A DNA stretch of 63,366 nucleotides, counting the filler, from Octopus bimaculoides (taxonomy: Eukaryota): the NCBI RefSeq assembly GCF_001194135.2. It is 11 parts of 10 records of this genome, joined end to end, with 100 filler letters (N's around TTAATTAATTAA, not from the genome) between each part and the next. Parts side by side here need not be neighbours in the genome. Positions count along the whole stretch, not along the records: positions 1 to 14,446 come from NC_068982.1; 10 more parts are not named here. One strand, written 5' to 3'. Position numbers and translations under genes: made by a program. Every line of letters starts with the position of its first letter. Within the stretch, counting starts at the first letter, position 1. Below the pieces are notes generated by a model that saw only the letters and a list, made by a program, of their open reading frames with translations, did no database searches and had not been told where the DNA came from. This document shows positions 1 to 10,289 of this stretch, piece by piece.

Positions 1-33
1 GCGTGTGTTTGTGTGTGTGTGTGTGTGTGTATA

Positions 34-266
34 CAGTAATCACTCGCCATATCACGGTTCTTCTATCGCCTTTCACCTGTCGTGGTTCACCTACCGCGGT
101 TTATTATTTAAGCTTACGTCGACTTCTCCGTGGTTTTGTTTTGCATTTACAATAGAATAAGTATATGCAAATTATACAAATAATAAAAAAAAATTACACT
201 ACACCACTGTTATTGCTTCTCGAACGATTTTGAAACGTAACACCCGCGATAGTCGAGGTATCGCTG
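34..266. mobile_element. Tc1/mariner (pogo/Tigger-type) MITE, degenerate TIRs
   Basis: TA then CAGTAATCACTCGCCATATCACGG at 34; reverse complement of right end (243-266) reads CAGCGATACCTCGACTATCGCGG; no ORF. Confidence 0.45.
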
Positions 267-384
267 TCTTTGTCTCTTATCATTTAATTTGTACATTTGT
301 TACCTTCAAATTTTTACGGAATACGCACATACTGGGTCACTGGGTGGAAGGGTTTAATTGAACAAATCACCCCAAGCACTTAAT

Positions 385-570
385 TTCATTAAGTCTGCTA
401 CTTATTCTATCGGGATCTTTCAGCCGAACTGCTAGTTTATTGGAACGTACGATGGTGGTTGAGGACGACGGTGGCCATTGTAGTAGATACTCGTTCAAGG
501 TGCTATGGACTGGAATTGAACCTGAAACCGTGTGGTTGTGGAGCAATCCTCTTACCACCAAGCTACGCAA
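385..570 (-). mobile_element. SINE family A (tRNA-derived, CORE-like), internally deleted copy
   Basis: Minus strand matches head (GGTAAG...AACCACACGGTTTCAGGTTCAATTCC) and tail (GTTCGGC...GATAGAATAAGTA) of copies at 13950 and 42365. Confidence 0.65.
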
Positions 571-614
571 TTATACATGTGTGCATATACAGATGAGAGA
601 TCGCTATCCATTAC

Positions 615-760
615 AAATTCTTTATTTTCACTCCTTGTTTCTTTCTGTGTTCCTTTCTCTGACAGAGCGTAGGCTCGAAACGCTAAAGACTTTTTCACTT
701 CCCGAGAGTTAAACTAGTACATCTCTTTGTTGTCTACACTACCTGTCTTTGTCTTTTTTT
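615..760 (+). mobile_element. Short repeat carrying a degenerate hammerhead-like motif (possible PLE-derived non-autonomous element)
   Basis: CTGACA-GAGC-GTAG-GCTC-GAAA-CG-CT-AAAGA at 659-689; perfect 4-bp stem II, core lacks GA and cleavage triplet is mutated. Confidence 0.4.
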
Positions 761-799
761 TTTTTTTTTTTTTTTTTTTAATTCTCCCTACATAATTCT

Positions 800-1010
800 C
801 CCTTTGAAATACAGGTACAACAGAAACAGGAACAGTGAGAGAAAGTTGTGATGAAAGAATACAGCAGGGTTCGTCACCACTCCTTGCCGGAGCCTCGTGG
901 CGCTTTAGGTGTTTTCGCTCAATAAACACTCACAAAGCCCGGTCTTGGAATCGAAGTCGCGATCCTACGACTGCGAGTCCGCTGCCCTCACCAGTAGGCC
1001 ATTTCTCCAT
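800..1010 (-). mobile_element. SINE family C (tRNA-derived head)
   Basis: Minus strand TGGCCTACTGGTGAGGGCAGCGGACTCGCAGTCGTAGGATCGCGACTTCGATTCC with A/B boxes; body matches 31254 and 56162. Confidence 0.8.
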
Positions 1011-1908
1011 GTATATGTGTGTGTGTTTGTCATTAAATTAATTTCAAATGTATGTAGACTACCACCTCAGTTCACCCAAAGTGAATGAAGCCTGGAATCA
1101 AGAATCAGGTGAGTATTCCAAACAAGTAAGATATAGCATATTTTTTTTTATATCGAAACGTCAGAGCATCGTATAATATTTGCGTCTCAGTATCCCAGTC
1201 TATTTTTCTTGGAGCGTGATTCCATACTAAAACAAAGACATAATTTTCTCAGATGTCCAACAGTGAGAAATGTTTAGATTGAATTCGGAAACCACTCTCA
1301 AAATATTAAATGGACATAGAAACTTATTGAAAGAGAGGAATTATTGGCATAAAGTCTGAATCCAAATAACAAAATATAACTGTGAGAATTACTAATTTTC
1401 GAAATGTTTAGTAACATAAAACCTTGCATTTCCCAGTGTTAGGAAAGAAACCTGGGAAAATTGGGAAATGGTTTATTAAAACTGTTGAGAACATATAACT
1501 GTTGATGCAAGAGCATCTCAGCAACGTATCAAGGAACGATATTATATTTCTCCTCCAGTACAAAATGTATGTATTCAGCTGATGACTTCTATTGTTCATC
1601 ACAAACTGTTTTACAGCATTCATTCATAAATTTACACACTTTGACCGCCTGTAATGTTCAAGCCAGTACCTAACAGTTTGAGAGAAAATAGCAGAAACAT
1701 TTCTCATGTCAATAATAGGTGAAAGCAATTTTCATAATAGACTCTTGAATTTATCCACTAAAAAGAAAACTATACAAACACAAGAGAGAAGTAATTTTGG
1801 TTTCGTCTTTATCTGACACTTATGTATTATTTGAATTATTTCCTCTTTCTTGGTCCCACAGAAAGGACATAGTTTCATAATCCTAGCATCCATATTAATT
1901 CGTTCTAT

Positions 1909-1910
<2 letters not shown>

Positions 1911-2006
<96 letters not shown>

Positions 2007-2015
2007 TGTATGTAC
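1911..2015. repeat. (TA)n then (TATG)n compound microsatellite
   Basis: Direct reading. Confidence 0.95.
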
Positions 2016-2392
2016 GTATGTATCTATATATAGCTATGGAAGCAATGACGGAACGTGAAAGTGAAAACAAAAACAGAAAATGCAATTTAAGAATATTACA
2101 TTTCAATCTATAAAACTGGAAGATGACTACTAAGAGCTTTTCAATCAATGTTGATCTGAGTTTAACCATTATCAGAAACAGTGCGAAGGAAAAGATTATT
2201 CACACCATCTTGAATCAAACATATCAAGGGCTCTATCTTTCAAATCTATTCTAAACTTTATTTCTAACCCTGGGAATCTTAGTAGTCAATAAGCGACCAT
2301 GGTATGGATGAAATAAAATGAAATCACTTTTCAACGGTTTAAGACTGCCATTTGTAAAAGCAACGGCAGATATTTATATAATCATTTCTGCT

Positions 2393-2597
2393 GGTGGCAT
2401 AGAGCCTCAAATTTGTGGGGAGGGAATAGCCGATTACATTGATCCCAGTGTTTCACTGGTACTTAATTTATCGACCCCGAAAAATCGAATAGCAAAGTCG
2501 ACCTCGGTAGCATTTGAACTCAGAACGTAAAGGCAGACGAAATGCCGCTAAGCATTTCGCTCGGCGTGCTAACGATTCTGCCAGCTCGCCGCCTTTC
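2393..2597 (-). mobile_element. SINE family B
   Basis: Minus strand GGCGGCGAGCTGGCAGAATCGTTAGCACGCCGAGCGAAATGCTTAGC...GTTCTGAGTTCAAAT...GGTCGACTTTGC...GGGGTCGATAAATTAAGTACCAG; many copies in window. Confidence 0.85.
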
Positions 2598-3245
2598 AGA
2601 TAGTTTAAATAATGGTGGAAATATACTGGCAAATCTAAAGATTCTACTTGAATATTCAAACGTAAATCCGATCAATCGAAAATTATGAATGCTAACTATG
2701 CTTGTGCTGGCAAAGAGGTTCAGCCTATAAACCAACCACAAGCCTAATCTCATAATTATTATAATTCACGGTCCTTTAATTCTATTTTAAAAGAAAGCAC
2801 CTATGTAATCAAGTCAATTAATTTCTGGAAATTTATTTCATGAGCTTTGTTGCATAGCGACGTCGAATCACGGTTAGCTACACATCAACAGAATGAAAAA
2901 AGGATTCGTATGAATAAAAAGAGGCGCTGAATGTTTCGTCCATGTGATTAGTGTGATCGTAGTTTTTTTTTAGTTTGTTTAACTCGAATCTTCTCCTGCA
3001 ATACACGATCAGCTATTAGCAGTGTAGGTACGAATTAGAGATGTTTCATTTAGCTTTGATTATCCGTAGTAGTGATGGCCGCACCCCAACTAATATTCGT
3101 TTCGTTTGAAAAAAAACTTTCCAGAGAACCTACCAGTGCTCCGGAGTCATAACAGTATTGGTTCGCTGTTGTCATTAGCCAGCTCCAAAAACTCAGTACC
3201 ATTTTCAAAATGCTTACTTCACGAATTCGTTTATCAATACACTGG

Positions 3246-3298
<53 letters not shown>

Positions 3299-3347
3299 GA
3301 ATGAGTGGGTTGATGGACGGATGGATGGATAGGTAAATAGATATATA

Positions 3348-3430
<83 letters not shown>
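3246..3430. repeat. (GATA)n, (TA)n, (GA)n compound microsatellite
   Basis: Direct reading. Confidence 0.95.
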
Positions 3431-3433
<3 letters not shown>

Positions 3434-3694
3434 AATACATACGCAGAAACATACATACATGCATGCATACAAACATACATACATCCAAGACCTATGAGAG
3501 GTGAATACAGTTATTGAAGCACTTGCTATCCTCAGGTATACGGCCGTATCACACATTTCTTAACATCGTAATAATCTCAGCATGGAAGAAACTATGTTTA
3601 TAATTTTGCATTAATATGCATGCTTGGTACTATTCATTACAATTGTGTATTTTCAAAATCTCTGAACGAGAAACATTCAGTAACTGTACCCCAG

Positions 3695-4098
3695 AGTAAA
3701 GATATTTGCCAACATAATGTGGCAATCAATGGTTACGACGAATGTTACTGCTATTTAACCACAGGAAACATCGTCACCAGCTGGCTGTCGACACACTGTT
3801 TCCGTCCTTATATTTTCAAACAAGGCAGTTAAGTGTCCCCGCTCAGTTCTAAAACAATATATGTGTACCAATGATTTCTGGGTTATTTCTGTGCTGATGA
3901 AGCGAAATAACCTAGAAACCATTGGTGCACACATATTGCTTTAGAGCTGAGCGGGGACACTTAACTGCCTTGTTTGAAAATATAAGGACGGAGATAGTGT
4001 GTCGACATACAGATGGAGATGATGTTTTCTGGGGTTAAATAACAGTAACATTCATCCTAACAATGACTGCCACATTATGTTGGTAAATAATCTTTACT
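3695..4098. repeat. ~400-bp foldback (long inverted repeat), probably a palindromic non-autonomous element
   Basis: Arms ~3695-3889 and ~3904-4098 are reverse complements with scattered mismatches; 14-nt loop; 42-bp piece recurs at 6695-6736. Confidence 0.9.
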
Positions 4099-4837
4099 GT
4101 ATATTTTCAAATCCATACAAATAAAGCTAGCTGGTCAGATGACAAGAACATCATGGATACAGCATCCATTTAACTCTAAGTATTCATACAAATGTTGTTG
4201 TACTTGGGGATGGTCATATTGCCAGTTTAGCCAATAAAAACACACGCACTGTATATTTGGTGTTAATTTACTTCAGCTTTATATTACATCTGTTTCAACA
4301 CACGATTTCACATCAAAAATCTTGCAAAACAAATATGTAAATGGAATATTCATACAAAGTTTTCTCTTTATTAATCACATAAAATTATCTTGGTTTGGTG
4401 AATAAAAACAAGATATTTTCTTTCATATCAATTAAGGCGGTAGATGTAGATTAAAGGAATTCAACATATTTAATGTTAGCAAATCAGGAAGGATTAAAAG
4501 GAGAGCGTAAGTTGTTAAGGTAAATATAAAAAAAAATATATTATATAATGTATAAAATAAAAGTAAAAATATAAATAAATTACTGGCGAACAGAGAGATG
4601 GAGATATATGAAGATTAAACCAAGAGATTGTATTGAACAACAATGAACTACAAATAGTGTTATTAGGTCAAAGAACTTCATTAACATAATACTGACCTAT
4701 AAATTTTAATCATATTTTCCAACCACACTTTGAAATTCCTTCTAGCCCATTGAACTATAGCAAAACTTAAATCCTACACACACATACCGAGAAGCAACTG
4801 CACAGAAGCATGAAGATAATTATCTTTTCTACTGAAG

Positions 4838-5300
4838 GTGCAAGGCCTTGAAATTTGTTGGGAGGAAACTAGTTGATTACACCGACTCCAGTGTTTCATT
4901 GGTATTTTATCGACCCTGAAAGGATGAAAGGCAAAGTCGACCTTGGCGGAATTGAACTCAGAACGTAGAGGCAGACAAATTACTGCTATACATTTCGCCT
5001 GGCGTGGTAATGTCTCTTATTTCTTTATTGCCCACAAGGGGCTAAATATAGAGGGGACAAACAAGGGCAGACGAGGGGATTAAGTCCATTTCATCGGCCC
5101 CAGTGCGTAACTGGTACTTAATTTATCGACCCCGAAAGGATGAAAGGTAAAGTCGACCTCGGCGGAATTTGAACTCAGAACGTAACGGCAGANNNNNNNN
5201 NNTCGACCTCGGCGGAATTTGAACTCAGAACGTAACGGCAGACGAAATACTGCTAAGCATTTCGCCCGGCGTGCTAACGTTTCTGCCAGCTCGCCGCCTT
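4838..5300 (-). mobile_element. Two adjacent SINE family B copies
   Basis: Two successive matches to family B (about 4838-5010 and 5012-5300); the second contains a duplicated segment around a 10-N gap. Confidence 0.8.
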
Positions 5301-5413
5301 AAGCACATCCATACACACGTACACACTCACACCCATGTGTATACGTACAGACTGCACAGAGACATACTTTTGCGTGTTTATGAATATAGGTAAAAATACA
5401 TACACACACACAT

Positions 5414-5444
<31 letters not shown>

Positions 5445-6541
5445 CATACATAATACATGTACACATATTTATAAATACATATACAAGCATGTGTAAATAT
5501 ACGAATACATATATGTGTGTGTGCGCGCGCGTGTGTATATGTGTATTTCTTGGACAGTATTAAGTTATACAGGAAGCCCATACACTGTTATATTTTGCTA
5601 TTGTCCAATAAATGTCTGTGTTAAAGCTGAGGTTGTGTTGACCACAGATTCACTTATGGTCTCATTATTTCGTCTTATTGATAATTGCAATGATGACATG
5701 GTGAGGATTGTGATGGTGCGTCGAAGAAAGCAATGAAAGAAAATGACATGGGTTAATGGTGATTATTTGACAATAAATTCTTTCCTTCAAATATTCTGTG
5801 GATATTTATAATTTGTTATTTGTTAGAGTTTTGTTTTACAAAAAGCCGCTTTGCACGTGCGACGACGTATCGTCTCAACAATTCTTAGAATACAATATAT
5901 CTAAGCTGTGATGATACCTTAGATATAAATATTATTTCTACTTAAAACATAATCGTAAGAAATTTATTCATCGTGAATTTTCTTTTTCTCTTAAAACAGT
6001 AACGTAATCTATTTCTTAAGTGAATAGCTAAAATGTTTTGAAAATATTGAGGAGTGGCGAGTGGCGATTGATATTACTGACTACACAATGCATTAAAATA
6101 TACCATTGTTTCTAAATCCTCTTATATTGGTAAATTACAAATACACTGCAATTGCATTACTAATATAATAAGAAAATATTCCAGATAATTAAAAACATCC
6201 ATATAAATTTGTTTTGTTTCTTATGATGCTTTTCTGCCATGAATGCTTCCAACGTTGACAAAAATATGCTGATGCTTACAATATATTAAACCTGTTGGAT
6301 ACATATAACCTATTTTCATTGGCTTTGAAGTGGTTGTTTTGATACGGTATCGTATTAAATCAATGATGTACTACAGTGTCAAATGGTCCTTGACGTCTAC
6401 ATTCTCTTTATCAAACGTCATTCGCCATTTCATTATAAAGTTCTGTAGGAACGAATCGTTTCTAGTCAAGTCGATGTCAATCACACGATGTTTCTAGTCC
6501 GTTTCATTCATTTCATAATTCTGTTTAGTCTTTCTCAATAG

Positions 6542-6575
6542 GGTGCGTATCTTCTTATTCACAATCAATGGACAG
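6542..6575 (+). CDS. Candidate small exon (unknown gene)
   Basis: Acceptor TTCTGTTTAGTCTTTCTCAATAG, donor CAG|GTACTG; open frames GAYLLIHNQWT or VRIFLFTINGQ; no homology recognised. Confidence 0.25.
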
Positions 6576-6694
6576 GTACTGCGCAGCCTCCCACGGGCGA
6601 AGAGGAAGACACTTTGTTTATAATTCCCCGATATTACAAGAAATTCTCCATTAGTATGACATATTCATAATGTAATTGTTATTCAAAGTGATTT

Positions 6695-6736
6695 ATCATT
6701 GGTACACAGATATTGTTTTAGAACTGAGCGGGGGAC
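6695..6736. repeat. Fragment of the 3695-4098 foldback family
   Basis: 41/42 identical to the reverse complement of 3834-3875. Confidence 0.85.
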
Positions 6737-7299
6737 AATTTCTGTGTAAGTATAACGTGTGGTATAACTTACAGCGATATTCTCACGCTATCTGATATGG
6801 AATGTACGGTAATCGATTGACTGCCAGCTTCAGTCATTGTAATTCGACCATGCTGGGGAAAACGTCGATACAAAGACTTCTTCAAACCTAGTATGAAAAA
6901 TGTAAGAATTATAATAAAACTACAAATTTATAATTTCCAGGAATCATGTAGACAAAATTGCTCAATGTGTCTATCCATTTTGTAGAGAATCCAAAAAAAA
7001 AAACGCACTCAATTGAAGCACGACTCAAAGGAAATATATACGTCGGTAAGCCTTTCAAATACTCTACTTGTTAGTGAGTTACTTATTTCTAAGGTTGTTA
7101 ATACTAACCACTTAAGGGGGCATGAATCAGCGTAAGTTTCACTCTTTGAACATACATGTTTGTTTATCATCTTTTAAATATCTTCTTGCAAGAGATCTTA
7201 AGAGAGTATTTGCACAAGTCTATTTCTTATAATTGAGAATTGCATCAAAGGAGACATATTTCTGTGAACGTTTCTCGTCACCCACTCGGTCAGTTTGAT

Positions 7300-7800
7300 A
7301 TTGTGTCTCTGCAGCTCATTACTAAACAAGAACGAAAGTCACAGGGGCGTGTCCGAGTGAAGTCGACCCCTGATCTCGGTGGTTGTAACAAATATTCAAA
7401 CTGTACACCCTGTAATACTTTTAGCTATCCGGAGCCGCACGCGCGCTACTCTGAAGATATCATCGTGTAACCTCTGAACCACATTCTGTGATACGGGCTG
7501 AAGCCTGGAACCAACCCCGTGAATGATGAATTTTCAGTAGGTGCGGTTCATCAGTTCGTGTCGATAACGTCCCTGCCCTTTCTACACACCGTCCGTCGCT
7601 ACTACTGGTTGCACGCTTCGATGCGGCCCTCAGCTCTAGCCGAAGAGCCTGTCTACTCGCGGCGGCGTTCCGCGCCGTCATCGACACCTTCCCTGCTGGC
7701 CCAGAGAACACGAGGAAACCCGATCGGTTACCGGAAACCAATACTTCGATTTTCTCTCCTGAGATCTGACTGTTTTCAACAATGGGTAAAGCATTTTGTC
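7300..7800. other. CpG/GC-rich island; candidate exon or regulatory region
   Basis: Markedly higher GC and CpG than flanks; three overlapping 80-113 codon open frames, none recognised. Confidence 0.4.
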
Positions 7801-8890
7801 CTCATGATGTATACATCAAGAGAAGGATATTGAGGGAATGCTTCAATAGATTCAGTCCTAGTCTCCATAGATTGCTGCATCGGTGAATCAAAGCGTTGAT
7901 GAATTAAAAATGTTTTAGTTTCACTTGATTACAGATTTTGAAAGCAAATTTTGGCCTAAAAGGACGGTGTTAGAGCCAACATTCCACACATCTCCCTGTC
8001 GCGATATTGTTTTGGAGGAAGTGTCCGTGTGTGGATATGTGGGGCCTTTACGCGAGTTTGTACATACTTCTTTAGTTCTTTAAAATCTATACTTTTGTAT
8101 TTGTATATGGTGACATGCATATGTGTGCGCATGTACCAGATACACAAAGAAAGACAGATTTTTAAAAACTGAATAAATATGTACATAATCGCATACACAC
8201 ACGTACACCAACGCGCTCACACATACATATACACTATCAAACATTCACGATAAAAAAAGGAAAATCAATTGTCAACCATCAAAAACGATGGCCAACGTAG
8301 AACCTTCATTTTTATCTACACAGGATAAAGTCCAGCGAACAAGGAATGCAGTTGTCGAGCGTAACAAAACCTGCAGTCTGAATACATTTTCTTTGAAATT
8401 CGTAGGAGCAAAATATACGACGCATGCAAAGTAGCAGCTTTAACATGCACAAACATGGCATATACCAACGATTTTAAATTACGGCTAATTATACTGAATA
8501 TAACAAGTGAAGCACACGGACATGTCACACATTGTGAATTCTGAACACCTTAAGAAAAATACAATTAAACGCTTTATAAATAATTACTTGAAATTGTTCA
8601 ACTTCAAAAGTCTCCCATGAAATTCTGCACAGAATAGAAAAAATGCTAATGACTAAATTAAGTTCATCCCGTAAATATTATCAACTTCACTCGCAATATG
8701 TACATCACTGAAACTACCTTGGAACCCAATTAACAGTAATTAAAAGAATAAGGTGACCATGTTTGTATCTTGCACTCTGTTTTCCAGTTTGTTCCCTCAT
8801 AATTTTTCTTTATCACACTACAACACAATGCACCACACATTTTAAAGTTTATGTTAATTTCACCATCCATATTTTCTATTCTTTATATCT

Positions 8891-8975
<85 letters not shown>

Positions 8976-9530
8976 TTTCCATCATTCCTCTTGTTTTAAT
9001 CTATTTTCTACCTACCTTCTTTCCACTCTAATTATCCTAAAAAGCCTTTACGTCTTCCCATGATTCTAATCTACGAATCACTTGATTATACTGTGACTCG
9101 TTTCCTTAAGGACCAACTCTAAATTATTCTCTCATTTACTTCAGGCATTAAATGTCGCACAATAGTCACTGGTTCGTTGCGATTTCTTTTCTCTTATTTA
9201 ATATCTTTCTTACCTTTGTCCTGTATTTTGCTAGTTTTCGTCTTACGAGTTAGTTTTCGTTGAATATAATATATAGATGTTTTCCTGTCTTGGAAAAGTA
9301 CTGGGCATGTCAAAGCTAGTGTACAGTTCTCAGGATTAAAGCGTCGAAGATACCGTCAACTTTAGTCAACAGCTAATGAAAGATTATAGTAACCTCGTTT
9401 TGTTTTTTGTTTTTTTATTTGTTTTTATCGAACTTGTGCATTTTATGAACTATGTGTTTTTTTCAGGACGCACACACACATACAAACATTTAGGCATATA
9501 ATGGCTCACTTAAATATGTGGTCATATAAA

Positions 9531-9612
<82 letters not shown>

Positions 9613-10170
9613 GTGTGTGAATGTAATGACTCAATAAAATGTGCAGCGGTTGAATACATGTCTACAAAACACGGTGTGATACTGTAGATTAGACGCTGGA
9701 TGAGGTGCTTGGTCAACTATATCGCTTTATAGACATCAGTTTCTCTATTTCAGGCCACTAAATGTAGTGACGTAAATACTCCAATTACAAGGAACCCAAA
9801 GTGTAAATGATTGAAAAATATTTCTTCATTTGTTACGAAATTCTATACGCCTTTATATGAATTTTATTTTGGGCCTTTTAAGTACAATAGCCGTCGTCCC
9901 TATGAACCAGCAGTATTCACAAATCGCGAATCTAAAATTACGGATGGAAAACACAAAAGAGAGTTATTTAATTTTAATTTCACATGTACATTATATTTAT
10001 CCAATACATATGATTAACGTTTAACAATTAAAATTACATTTCTATGTTCTTATATTGCCTTTTCTCTAAATTTTTGATACGATGACTTATTTATTGTACA
10101 GTGATATATTCCGACTAATGTCCTCCTTATCTTTGCTAGAGCCATGGAGGGATTGTTATCAATGGAGTTC

Positions 10171-10192
10171 CGACCACCTATAGGTTGGTCGA

Positions 10193-10289
<97 letters not shown>
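10171..10289 (+). repeat. Stem-loop plus (GAT)n tail, probable LINE/SINE 3' terminus
   Basis: CGACCA-CCT-AT-AGG-T-TGGTCG hairpin at 10171-10191 directly before (GAT)n 10195-10289. Confidence 0.45.

Noticed and set aside
5153-5250. Direct repeats flanking 10-N gaps (also 56684-56790)
   Set aside because: Typical unmerged contig overlap artefact
7327-7341. CAAGAACGAAAGTCA resembling an 18S rRNA segment
   Set aside because: Only 15 nt; flanks show no rRNA similarity
9830-10024. Overlapping short ORFs and a minus-strand acceptor-like site
   Set aside because: No donor or homology support
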